DNA of 64,000 nucleotides from Minisyncoccota bacterium (GCA_023229865.1 JALNYL010000003.1:22109-86108), one strand, 5' to 3'; positions 29,434 to 39,248 are shown, counted from the stretch's first letter. Notes: generated by a model from the sequence alone, not told the origin. Numbers and translations: made by a program.

Positions 29434-30567
29434 TTATTTTACTCCCTGGTGACGCAAGAGCACGGCGACGATCTGCTCAGCAATTCTTTCTGCGGCATCT
29501 GTGCGTGAAAAAACTTTTGCAGCTTCTTTCATGCGCGCGCGCTTCTCGCTATCCTTCATCAAGTTATCAACTTCTGAGAACAAAAGATTTGGGGCGAGAT
29601 TTGCCTCTTCGATAACTACGGCTCCCCCCGCACGTGCGTATGCAAACGCATTCTTGCGCTGATGATCGCCCACGTGGTTTGCGATAGGAATGAGAATAGC
29701 AGGAATCCCCCATGCCGCAATTTCAAAAATCGCAGAGCCGGCACGTGAGACAACTACGGTCGCTGCTTCTGCGCAAAGCTTCATTGTCTCAGAATCCATA
29801 TAACCATAGATGTGATAGCGGCTCGCGTTTGGATGACCAGCCAAAAGACCTGACACAGTCGTGCGCACTTCTTCTACGTTTGCCTCACCTGTCTGATGAA
29901 TGACTTGATACTCTCCCACAAGACGTGTTGCGAGAGTTTCCAACTGGCTGTTGATATTGCGCGCACCCTGTGAGCCACCAAGAACAAGGAGTACAGGGAT
30001 ATTGGGATCGAGGCCAAGCTCTTTAAAAGCGTCTTTGCCGGTCGGGCGAATGATTTCTTCACGAATAGGATTGCCCGTAAGTGCAGTACGACCTGCGGGG
30101 AAAAACTGTGCGGCTTCAGCATACGAAATAGCCACCTTCTGCGCAAACTGACCAGCCCAAGCGTTTACACGACCAGGCACGCTGTCTGACTCGTGGAGGA
30201 TAACGGGAATACGGAAGAGACGCGCTGCAACGAGTACAGGGAAACTCGGATAGCCACCCTTACCAAAAACAACATCGGGGTAAAGCGCGAAGAGTTGAAA
30301 AATTGCTTTCACAACACCCCAACCTGTTTTGAAGAAATCAAAAAAGTTTTGGATGGATGCGTATGCGCGCATCTTGCCTGCGGTCACCTGCTTGAACTTG
30401 ATTTTGTTGTCATACAAAAGGCGCTCGTTGTAGGGCTCGGTCGACATGTAGTAAAAATCTACATTGGCGATTTTTTCTGCCTCAAGCATTGTGTTTAGTT
30501 TTTCTGCAACGGCGATGATTGGATAAAAATGTCCACCACTGCCGCCTCCGGTAAAAAGAATCTTCAT
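29434..30567 (-). CDS. murG: UDP-GlcNAc:undecaprenyl-PP-MurNAc-pentapeptide GlcNAc transferase MurG
   Basis: MKILFTGGGSGGHFYP N-terminus, GT-B fold C-terminal motifs. Confidence 0.93.
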   Translation of the reverse strand: MKILFTGGGSGGHFYPIIAVAEKLNTMLEAEKIANVDFYYMSTEPYNERLLYDNKIKFKQVTAGKMRAYASIQNFFDFFKTGWGVVKAIFQLFALYPDVVFGKGGYPSFPVLVAARLFRIPVILHESDSVPGRVNAWAGQFAQKVAISYAEAAQFFPAGRTALTGNPIREEIIRPTGKDAFKELGLDPNIPVLLVLGGSQGARNINSQLETLATRLVGEYQVIHQTGEANVEEVRTTVSGLLAGHPNASRYHIYGYMDSETMKLCAEAATVVVSRAGSAIFEIAAWGIPAILIPIANHVGDHQRKNAFAYARAGGAVVIEEANLAPNLLFSEVDNLMKDSEKRARMKEAAKVFSRTDAAERIAEQIVAVLLRHQGVK

Positions 30568-30568
30568 A

Positions 30569-31684
30569 TTATGATTTTGCTGATTTTGAAATATTAAGGA
30601 GTATCCCTATCTCGAGAAACGAAAAAAGGAGCGCAGTCCCGCCATGACTCACAAAAACCAAAGGAACCCCCGTAAGAGGAATGAGTCCTAGCATCGCCGC
30701 GATATTCGCAAATGACTGCGATACTATCAGTATAACAATTCCAACGGCTAAAAGCGACTCGAACATTCCGGGGGCTTTTTGAGCAATCATGATGCCACGC
30801 ACCGCAAAAAGAAGGAATAAAATGATGATAGTCACCCCTCCCAAAAAGCCAAACTCCTCCCCCACTACCGCAAAAACGGAGTCTCCTGTCGGCTCAGGAA
30901 GTGAGCTAAATTTTTGAATACTCTGCCCAAATCCGCGCCCCGTAATCCCGCCTGACCCAATCGCGAGAAGTGACTTTTGGATCTGATAACTCGCACCTTG
31001 AGGATCACGCGATGGATCAAAAAAAGTAAGGATGCGCTCCCCCACATACGGACGCACCATTGCGAGCACTCCAATAGCGAGCACGCTTACCAAAATGATA
31101 AGCATGAAATGACGAATCTTCATCCCTGCCGCGAGAAGCATCGCAACGATTGCCGCAAAGAGTACCGCAAATGTCCCCGTGTCAGGCTCAGCAAGAAGCA
31201 CGATTGCAGGAAAAAGAAGGAGGCCGCCTGCGACCATAAGCGCGTATTTGAGCGCGCCAATGCGTTCTTTAAAAAGTGGAAGGAGTGCTGCGGCGTAAAT
31301 AATCGCGCCGAGCTTGAGAAGCTCTGAAGGTTGAAACGAGATAAAACCGAGATCTATCCAGCGATGCGCGCCACCGTGCTCGAGCCCAATGACTGGAGCG
31401 AATACAAGAAGTGTCGCCAAAATAGAACCCATGAAAATATAGAGCGCATTGGTTTGCAAAAGTTTAAGCGGAAACTTAAATGCGACAACCGTAGCTACGA
31501 TAATACCAAGAAAGAGCCCAAGGACAACCTGATCAAACAAAAGATCCTGCAGAGAAAATCCTTTGCGCGCAAAGAGTCCAAATGACGCCGAAGTAAAAAC
31601 AAAAAGCCCCACGAGCGCAAGCGCTGCAGTGATGGTCAAAAAAACTTTATCGATTGATTGTTTTTTTCTCATATCATCCAACAA
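30569..31684 (-). CDS. ftsW: SEDS-family peptidoglycan glycosyltransferase FtsW
   Basis: 10-TM SEDS protein between mraY and murG. Confidence 0.88.
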   Translation of the reverse strand: MLDDMRKKQSIDKVFLTITAALALVGLFVFTSASFGLFARKGFSLQDLLFDQVVLGLFLGIIVATVVAFKFPLKLLQTNALYIFMGSILATLLVFAPVIGLEHGGAHRWIDLGFISFQPSELLKLGAIIYAAALLPLFKERIGALKYALMVAGGLLLFPAIVLLAEPDTGTFAVLFAAIVAMLLAAGMKIRHFMLIILVSVLAIGVLAMVRPYVGERILTFFDPSRDPQGASYQIQKSLLAIGSGGITGRGFGQSIQKFSSLPEPTGDSVFAVVGEEFGFLGGVTIIILFLLFAVRGIMIAQKAPGMFESLLAVGIVILIVSQSFANIAAMLGLIPLTGVPLVFVSHGGTALLFSFLEIGILLNISKSAKS

Positions 31685-32738
31685 GCGCGATTATGGTACC
31701 AAGGAGCGCGAGCACAACCGAGATGACCCAGTAGCGCATCACGACCTTATAAGGGGGCCAACCTTTCGCCTGAAAATGATTGTGGAGAGGTGCAACAAGA
31801 AAAACTTTTTTACCATTGCGGAGTTTCTTTGAAGCAATTTGGATGATGCTTGAGGCGCTCGTCGCAATGAGGAGAAATGCAATGATAGGAAGCACGAGCA
31901 CTGCCTTGGTGAGGAACGCGACGACGGTGAGCGCTGTTGTGAGGGCCATGGTCCCCGTCTCAGAATTGAAAAATCGCGCAGGAGGAATATTGAACCAGAG
32001 AAACGCGAGGAGCCCTCCCGCTACCACGCTTGAGAACGCCGCAAGGTCGATTTGTCCTTGAGCAAATGCGATGACTGCATACGCAGTAAAGATAGATGCA
32101 AAGACGCCACCCGAGAGCCCGTCGATACCGTCAATGATACCTCCCGAGTAAATACCAATCATAAAAATAATAAAGAGCGGGATGAACCAGAGCCCGAGAT
32201 GTGCATCACCAACAAACGGCACATGCACGCTATCCATGCCGAGCTTTGCATAAAACCACCATGCGCCAAGTGTCGCGAGTGAAAACACAAACGCGAGTCT
32301 CACACGGAGTGAGAGCCCCCCGCCTGCATAGGTCCCCGCATCACGACAAACAAGGTAGTCATCAATGAGACCAAAGAGCCCACCCGCGATAAGGGTGAAA
32401 AGTGGGAGCCATGTCTGATTGCGCGAGAGGAATGAAAGCTTTTCAAAAGGTGTATCGGGGAAAAGCGTGGCGAGTACAAAAAAGACAATCGCTGTGATGA
32501 ATACCGAGCCCCAAACCACAATACCACCCATGCGAGGAGTTTTTCTCTCTTCGTCATTATGGAGCTTGCTCGTGATCGTCGCACTCTCCCCGCTCATCGC
32601 GAGCTTCACGCTCGACTTCTTCCACATCTTGTGACGATAAAGAAAACCCGTAAGAATCGGTGTTATTGCTACCCCCGTAACAAAGGCGGCAATAGCTGGA
32701 ATAAGGATTTTAACAACGTCGATAGGCATAATATTCAC
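31674..32738 (-). CDS. mraY: phospho-N-acetylmuramoyl-pentapeptide transferase MraY
   Basis: DDxxD-containing loop (GLIDDYL), GGIIDGIDGLSGG motif. Confidence 0.93.
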   Translation of the reverse strand: MNIMPIDVVKILIPAIAAFVTGVAITPILTGFLYRHKMWKKSSVKLAMSGESATITSKLHNDEERKTPRMGGIVVWGSVFITAIVFFVLATLFPDTPFEKLSFLSRNQTWLPLFTLIAGGLFGLIDDYLVCRDAGTYAGGGLSLRVRLAFVFSLATLGAWWFYAKLGMDSVHVPFVGDAHLGLWFIPLFIIFMIGIYSGGIIDGIDGLSGGVFASIFTAYAVIAFAQGQIDLAAFSSVVAGGLLAFLWFNIPPARFFNSETGTMALTTALTVVAFLTKAVLVLPIIAFLLIATSASSIIQIASKKLRNGKKVFLVAPLHNHFQAKGWPPYKVVMRYWVISVVLALLGTIIALVG

Positions 32739-32863
32739 CTATTATATAGAAATTAGGAGCAAACGACAAACAATAATGACTCCCCGCCTTTCTAATTCCA
32801 TCCTGAGCCCCTCAAGGAATGAGCAGGTGGTAATGCGGGCACTCTTGGTTCCAAAAAGATTTT

Positions 32864-33301
32864 TTAGGAATTCTTTTTGAGGGATCCGTTAAGAATAATG
32901 AGGGTAGAAATTATTGCATACAGAAATGTCAAAAATATACCAACCAAATCTTTTGATATTGCAAAAAATGCATCTCCCTCATACCAAGGAGTAATTATTA
33001 CAATAAATAAATAAATAAATAAATAAATAAAGGTAAATTTTTGCCAAAAAACAAACATAGATTGTTTCTTAAAGAAAAGCATTAGCACAGAGAACAGCGC
33101 AACTCCGAAGGCAATAAAACTAATGACGGTTGCAAAATGACATGTAGTTACCCAATATGCAAACCTCTCGTCTTGCCCGATATTTAAACACAGCCCCGAG
33201 TCAGTTTTTATTAAATATCTCGAAAAAGGATAGAGGGAAGCGAAAATTATACTAATAAGAAACATTTTCCCTTGCGTAAACCAATTCAGTATTTTTTGCA
33301 T
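32864..33301 (-). CDS. small polytopic membrane protein, paralog P2 (contains in-frame (AATA)7 tract)
   Basis: 145 aa, 4 TM; paralogous to 33657-34095; near-leaderless start after TAAAAT. Confidence 0.6.
   Translation of the reverse strand: MQKILNWFTQGKMFLISIIFASLYPFSRYLIKTDSGLCLNIGQDERFAYWVTTCHFATVISFIAFGVALFSVLMLFFKKQSMFVFWQKFTFIYLFIYLFIVIITPWYEGDAFFAISKDLVGIFLTFLYAIISTLIILNGSLKKNS
33003..33030. repeat. tetranucleotide microsatellite (AATA)7 inside the P2 coding sequence
   Basis: 28-nt perfect tandem repeat encoding FIYLFIYLFI. Confidence 0.95.
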
Positions 33302-33344
33302 AATATATTTTAATTAACTTTTTTAATATCCAGACACAAAACAC

Positions 33345-33644
33345 CTACCCTTCAAACCTAACCCCCACCACATCAGTCTGCGTGATACCGTTGACCGTCG
33401 TGGTAATAGTTATATTTTCTTGGGTTGTTGCGAGGCTTTGAGGGAAGAAGAGTGAGAACTTCGTTTGCTTGCGGTCGTCGCCGTCTTTATGCTCTTCCTC
33501 TTGAACAACGCTCATCATAGTGAAATTACCAGTGATATTGGTCAGGAAAGGTACATCTTTCTTGATACCAGTCACTTTTACGGTCAGCTCAAGGGGTTGC
33601 CCCCCCGTTTCTTCTCGTTTCTCTTTGGGTGGGGGCGGAGGCAA
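33345..33644 (-). pseudogene. orphan duplicate of the giant protein's C-terminal ~85-aa domain (TTG-initiated ORF; silent cassette or remnant)
   Basis: ~80% aa identity to last 85 aa of 34140-39116 product; no ATG/RBS. Confidence 0.6.
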
Positions 33645-33656
33645 CTATTTGTTTCA

Positions 33657-34095
33657 TTACCGTTGGTCTTTTTGAAGAGATTTGTAGAGGATATAGATTA
33701 ACGAAAACAAGACATAACCAACTGAAACAATCAGCGCGATAATATCTTTTTCAATATGCAAAAACTCATCACCAGAATACCAAGGAACCAAGATTAATAT
33801 TGCTATATACACATATATATAGTTCATTAATGTTATTTTCCATGACTCAAAAACATGTTTTTTTGTAAAGAACATAACTACAGACGGGATAAATATCGTA
33901 GCCCCAATCAACAATATTAATCTAAAATATTTTACACTACTCATACACACACTCCCCCAGGAAAGATTCCAGTTCATGCAGTAATCATACAAAGAACTCA
34001 TTGCGCTTATTTGAAACAAAATACCAAACCCAATAATTCCAACTATCCCAATAGCAAACGTTTTTTTGTGTAAACCAATTCAATATTTTTTGCAT
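33657..34095 (-). pseudogene. small membrane protein paralog P1, disrupted by frameshift in T7 (A7) homopolymer at 34061-34067
   Basis: conserved start MQKILNWFTQ at 34095 is out of frame with the 120-aa ORF 33657-34019; deleting one A restores a 146-aa protein collinear with P2. Confidence 0.55.
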
Positions 34096-34139
34096 AATAT
34101 ATATTACTAACTAATTATTAATATCCAGACTCAAAACAC

Positions 34140-37100
34140 TCACTCCTCAAACCTCACCTCCACCACGTCCGTCTGAGTAATACCATTCACCGTCGTGACA
34201 ATAGTGATATTTTCTTGAGTTGTCGTGAGGCTTTGCGGGAAAAACAACGAGAATTTCGTTTGTTTCCGGTCATCACCATCACTATGTTCTTCCTCTTGTA
34301 CCACATTGAGGGTTGTAAAGTTCCCCGAGATATTTGCGGTAAATGGCGTGTCTCTCTTTGCTCCACTCATCTTCACCGTAAGAACAAGCGGTTGTCCTTT
34401 CTTGAGTTTGATGGTGTCATCTGATTTTAGAAGAAGTGACGTACTATGCTCTGTATCTTTGTACTTATACTGAAGTTGAGCAGACTGAGTCTTGTCGTAG
34501 ATAGTGACAGAGGAGGTCTGAGAGGTAGAGATATTTGCAGTGGTATTGATAATAGCGAGAGTAATAGGAGCACTTGCAAATTTGAATTCTTTGTCGAGAT
34601 CATGTCTTTTCTCTTCATCTAACTCATTATCCCACTTGTCCTTGAGAGATTTGCGCTCCTTCGAGTTGCCTTTCTTGGTAGCGATGGTGAATGTGTAATT
34701 CCTAAGCTCTTTGGTATCTTGAAGGAACGTGATTGAGATGACGCCATCAGCAGTTGTGACTGCTGCAGGAACAATTGTCCCCGCGTTGTCTTTTACAGGA
34801 TTAGCACCTACTTGATAATAAGTATTTGAGAGCGTGAGGAGTACATTCCCCTTCCCTGCTACAGAGAATGGCAAGTCAAATGATTCCTTTTCCCATAGCG
34901 CATACTCGGTTGGAATGGTGAGATTTGCAAAGACGGTAGCATCAAATGGCTTCACGTCATCTTGGTTTGGTACTCCATCGCCATCTGGGTCAGCTTCAGG
35001 AGATGAGTAGATAGTTACGGCAATGCTTGAAGTTGCGATATTGCCCGCCATGTCTTGTGCGGTTATTAATATGTTTGTAACTCCTGGTGCAAACGTTTGA
35101 GTAAGGGGTGCATCTGTAGTGAATGTTGGGTTTGCATCAATACTATCACTAACGGTCACGGGGATAGTAAGGAGTGTACCATTTGCAGTAAGTTGCTCAG
35201 TGGATGTGTCTGACGCGAAGATTGTTGGTGCGACAGTGTCGATATTTAACACAAGAGTCTTTGGGGTTTCGCTGTTCTCATTATTATCTACGGAGTAATA
35301 CTGAATGGTAGTTGTGCCTTCTGTAGCAATAACTAGGGGCGTACTAGTGCTATACGTATTCCACGTAGTGCCATTATCAAGTGAGTACTTTGTAATTGCG
35401 ACCCCTGAAGATACTTCGCCAAGCGAAGCCACGTCGTCCGCGATGAGCGTGACGGTAACTTGAGATGTGTAGTATTCATTTAACCCGAGAGTACCTACTG
35501 GGGTTGCAGTGGTTACTGGTGCCGTGAGGTCGTTGCTTTCTTGCACAGAGACATCTGCTCCTGCGGTGTTGATGAGGTACGTCTTTTCTTCTGTTGGAGC
35601 AATGGTTTGATTCTCGAGAATTGGAGATGTGAAAATTCCTACAGCAGGGTCAATAGTACGAGCGTAGAGAGAATATGAATCAGTGGTTGTCGCCATCTGG
35701 CTTGCGATTTGTGGATTCTGTTTCAAGAACTCATCATTATCGTGTGCTGAGACGTAGTACTTTACCTGAGTACCTTCGGGAACATAGATCCACTCAGGGA
35801 TGCCTTGGTTATCACCCGAGACTATTGAGCCAGAGATTTGATTCTCATACTCCCCTGTTACATAGTTCACACCAACATGCTTGCCGTCAGGGGTGATTGC
35901 GTGGAGGTCGAGGTCGGGGGAAATTGAATTAAAGAGAGAAGAAGCAGGAACAACATTTCTTTTATTTTTACATGGATCTGGATTTTCTTTTGTCCTAAAA
36001 CTTCCACAAGTTGTGTCAAAATCTTTAGGAATATATCGAACTTCCCCAAGGAAAATGCGAAGAATGAACACAAGATACACAAGCCAAACCAAAGCTGTAG
36101 TAACCCACAGAAGCTTCACTAAGAACTTAGAAACTTTGTGTTTTGTGTTATTTTTTAAATCCTTCTTCTTATAAAGGACAAGCGCAATTAAACTTAGTAT
36201 CAAGAAAAAGACGGGGGTAGGAGCGGTGTCTTTTATAAAGTATGTTATTAAGTTAGTCGTAAATATTGCCCCCGCAGTAAAATTATGAGACACCCCCACC
36301 ACATTTGTTTGGATTGAGTCGTACAAATCGTTTTGCGGGCGAAGGATACTGCCTTTCATTTTATTCAAGAACGAACCAGGAGAAATGTCTTGTATTGAAG
36401 CTAATATTTTGTACTTCCCGTCAACATTTTCTTCTTCATTTGCTGAAATACGTACCCAGTTGTCAAGGTCGAGATACCCCTCTCCTGCTGGAGAAAGAAT
36501 GCCATCGTTTATTCCAAGTGTTCCTGCAGGAATTGTTATTCTTCGTTTTTGGTTTCGGATCGACTCGCTATCATATCCATACTCCTCAGGAGATCCACTT
36601 GCATCAACGCGATACAACACTAGGGCTTTATCCTCAGGAAGCGAGGAATCCCACGTTGAGAGATTCTTATTGCGTGCTTCAAGGATGTAGTATTGCTGTG
36701 TTGTTGTGGCAATATTGTCCTCCAAATTGTAACGGAAAATTGTGTCACCAAAATTGCTTGTTTCTAGAGAGTTTATCCAATGCGTGCCGTATTCGGCTTT
36801 TGAATGAACGTCTTCTTTTAGCCAGCCAAGAAATTCTTGGGTGTAGGAACTTAGATATGATGGATTGGTGCCATCATCATTATTTGCTCCACCATTCCAC
36901 TCACCAGCAGCCATAAGGTCCCATTGACCAACATTTCCCATTTTATATAAATCAGGGGTCATTGTACCCGCAGGATCAAGAATAACACCAACATTATGCG
37001 CCAATTCATGTACCCAGAAGCCCACTGGGTCTTGTTCGGCAATAATTAATTTATACGGAGCTTGTCCAAACAAAAGACCAAAGGGTGTCCAAGATAGAGT

Positions 37101-39116
37101 GTTCATCAAACTCAAGTTTTGAGATCTCTGTTCCGACTCTCCAGCATGCACAACTGCCACCACGTCAAACACACTTCCGCTTGCACTTACATCCTGCACT
37201 GAAAGTGCGACGGCATCCTTTACAAATTCATCTTCGCGGTCACCAATACCATATGATGCCTCAGTTTTTGTAGTCTTATACCACTGTCCTTCTTTATCAA
37301 ATACCTTAAACGTAAAACTCAAAGAACCGTGCGATACTTCTTTGTAGTAATCGTTGATGCAGTACGCAAGGTCGGTGTAATAATTCTTGTCATAGCTGGC
37401 GTAAGTTGTAGTTGCAAACTTTTCAAGCTTGCAAGGTTTGTTTTCGGGAACAAAATCACCATGCGCAACGTCCAACGGTTCCACAAGGACGATGGCGACA
37501 TTGATGTTTTTTACAGGAGTCACTGGCGCAAGCCACCCATCCTTTTTTGTCCATGGCAAATTATCTTGCCCGCCATTGAAAACATAAGGAGTGTCACAAA
37601 AGCCGTCATTGCTTGCGTCACTGCATCCTTCTCCTGTTGTATCAAAATCACTCCAATAATTGCCTCCAATTGGGGCCGCGAGATTAAAAACATCACTTAC
37701 TGTGTAATTTTCAACATAAACCTGTGTTACGTTGTTAATAAAGTTGTTATTGTATATTTGATTAGCAGAGGGATTGCTTGAGAGATAAATTCCGTAGACA
37801 GAACTACCTGTCACATTATTGTTGGTAATGATATTATTATCGCATCCATAGACAAAGATTCCAGCATATAAATTATTTGATACAGTGTTGCTGGTTATGG
37901 TGTTGCTATTAGATGAGTAGAGCCTGAACCCCATAAAATTACCTGACACATTATTATTGGTCAGGGTGTTATTGTTGGAATTAGCAAGAGTGATTCCGTT
38001 TGAATTCCCTAATACAGAGTTATTATTCAAGGTATTATTATCAGAATATGAGAGGAGAATTCCATTATCATTATTCAATAATGTTGATACCGTGTTGCTG
38101 GTCAGCGTGTTTCCAGCAGAAGACGAGAGGATAATTCCACAATAAAAAGTGCCTGATACTGTGTTGTTGGTTAGTGTGTTATTACTTGAGGACAAAATGT
38201 ACATCCCAACATTTCCATTTGACGAGGAAGTAGTATTACCAGTTAGAGTATTACTATTAGAAGAGTAGAGACTAATTCCAGAGGACCAACTGTTTGATAA
38301 TACTGAGTTACCGATAATATTATTACTATTGGAATAGGTGAGGCTAATCCCAGTTCCGTAATTAGAAGTACCTGAAACTATATTATCCTCGAGGATGTTA
38401 CCCTCAGAGGAGTTGAAGTATACTCCATATGTAAACCCTGCAATATTTAAATTCTTTATCGCAACCCCCGTTCTTCCGTTGAGATATATACCATTCCCCG
38501 TATTGTACCCCGTCAATGTATGCCCATTACCATCAAGGGTCACACCATCGCTATCTATTTGAATAGTTTCAGTGAGGTCGGTGTTCATCGTACAAACCTT
38601 GGTAGCATTATCCCAAACACCAATAGCAGTACAGTCGCCGCCCATTGCATCGTCCTTAATAAATTTCGTTGAGTGACGAGGCTGAATGAAAACTATGTGA
38701 GATTTTGACAAATCCTGAGTGTAAGAATATTTACCGTCTACATCTGTAATAAACTGATCTAGGTTATGATAACTATCTTCGTATTTGTAGTACGTTGTTG
38801 CTGGAGTAAAACCAGAAAGAGTGACTTGGGTCGACGTCGCAGTGGAGGAGGCTGACGGCTCAACCATCAAAGTTACCATTTCTGGCACTGAGTCCATTTT
38901 TAATTTAATCTGTTCAGAACTGTCGAGAGTAACATTGAGATATTGACTATCCGTAATAGTAAAATGTATTCCGTCCCCCTCTGTCGTGCCTACCATAACA
39001 AACGGTTGAGGCAAATCAGGTGGTGCAACCTGCGCAAAAGCGAGTGAATTAAAACCAAACAGTAAAACACTGGCAAACGCTGCGCGCACAACAAAACGGA
39101 TGATACTCTGTTGCAT
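34140..39116 (-). CDS. giant secreted surface protein: right-handed beta-helix repeats + M6 (InhA)-like HExxH metallopeptidase + internal TM hairpin + Ig-like/Ca-binding domains
   Basis: signal peptide; ~25 NNT(L/I)TxNxxSG beta-helix repeats; HELAHNVG...PDLYK...GQWDLMAAGEW M6-like motifs; two hydrophobic helices (~36050-36230); YYSVDNNENSE and DMAGN Ig-like motifs; DPDGDGVPNQDD Ca-binding. Confidence 0.85.
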   Translation of the reverse strand: MQQSIIRFVVRAAFASVLLFGFNSLAFAQVAPPDLPQPFVMVGTTEGDGIHFTITDSQYLNVTLDSSEQIKLKMDSVPEMVTLMVEPSASSTATSTQVTLSGFTPATTYYKYEDSYHNLDQFITDVDGKYSYTQDLSKSHIVFIQPRHSTKFIKDDAMGGDCTAIGVWDNATKVCTMNTDLTETIQIDSDGVTLDGNGHTLTGYNTGNGIYLNGRTGVAIKNLNIAGFTYGVYFNSSEGNILEDNIVSGTSNYGTGISLTYSNSNNIIGNSVLSNSWSSGISLYSSNSNTLTGNTTSSSNGNVGMYILSSSNNTLTNNTVSGTFYCGIILSSSAGNTLTSNTVSTLLNNDNGILLSYSDNNTLNNNSVLGNSNGITLANSNNNTLTNNNVSGNFMGFRLYSSNSNTITSNTVSNNLYAGIFVYGCDNNIITNNNVTGSSVYGIYLSSNPSANQIYNNNFINNVTQVYVENYTVSDVFNLAAPIGGNYWSDFDTTGEGCSDASNDGFCDTPYVFNGGQDNLPWTKKDGWLAPVTPVKNINVAIVLVEPLDVAHGDFVPENKPCKLEKFATTTYASYDKNYYTDLAYCINDYYKEVSHGSLSFTFKVFDKEGQWYKTTKTEASYGIGDREDEFVKDAVALSVQDVSASGSVFDVVAVVHAGESEQRSQNLSLMNTLSWTPFGLLFGQAPYKLIIAEQDPVGFWVHELAHNVGVILDPAGTMTPDLYKMGNVGQWDLMAAGEWNGGANNDDGTNPSYLSSYTQEFLGWLKEDVHSKAEYGTHWINSLETSNFGDTIFRYNLEDNIATTTQQYYILEARNKNLSTWDSSLPEDKALVLYRVDASGSPEEYGYDSESIRNQKRRITIPAGTLGINDGILSPAGEGYLDLDNWVRISANEEENVDGKYKILASIQDISPGSFLNKMKGSILRPQNDLYDSIQTNVVGVSHNFTAGAIFTTNLITYFIKDTAPTPVFFLILSLIALVLYKKKDLKNNTKHKVSKFLVKLLWVTTALVWLVYLVFILRIFLGEVRYIPKDFDTTCGSFRTKENPDPCKNKRNVVPASSLFNSISPDLDLHAITPDGKHVGVNYVTGEYENQISGSIVSGDNQGIPEWIYVPEGTQVKYYVSAHDNDEFLKQNPQIASQMATTTDSYSLYARTIDPAVGIFTSPILENQTIAPTEEKTYLINTAGADVSVQESNDLTAPVTTATPVGTLGLNEYYTSQVTVTLIADDVASLGEVSSGVAITKYSLDNGTTWNTYSTSTPLVIATEGTTTIQYYSVDNNENSETPKTLVLNIDTVAPTIFASDTSTEQLTANGTLLTIPVTVSDSIDANPTFTTDAPLTQTFAPGVTNILITAQDMAGNIATSSIAVTIYSSPEADPDGDGVPNQDDVKPFDATVFANLTIPTEYALWEKESFDLPFSVAGKGNVLLTLSNTYYQVGANPVKDNAGTIVPAAVTTADGVISITFLQDTKELRNYTFTIATKKGNSKERKSLKDKWDNELDEEKRHDLDKEFKFASAPITLAIINTTANISTSQTSSVTIYDKTQSAQLQYKYKDTEHSTSLLLKSDDTIKLKKGQPLVLTVKMSGAKRDTPFTANISGNFTTLNVVQEEEHSDGDDRKQTKFSLFFPQSLTTTQENITIVTTVNGITQTDVVEVRFEE

Positions 39117-39189
39117 AAAATTTGTAGGAAACTTTATTATTGGGGCGGATAAATCAAACTGAAAATATTATCCCATTATTGAGAATTAA

Positions 39190-39231
39190 AAGAAAGGGTG
39201 GGATTGCCCTACGGCAATCCCACCCTTTCTT
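39190..39231 (-). terminator. rho-independent terminator after dacA-like gene
   Basis: 19-bp perfect stem aagaaagggtgggattgcc/ggcaatcccaccctttctt, loop ctac. Confidence 0.75.
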
Positions 39232-39248
39232 GTCACAAGTTCTTTTAA

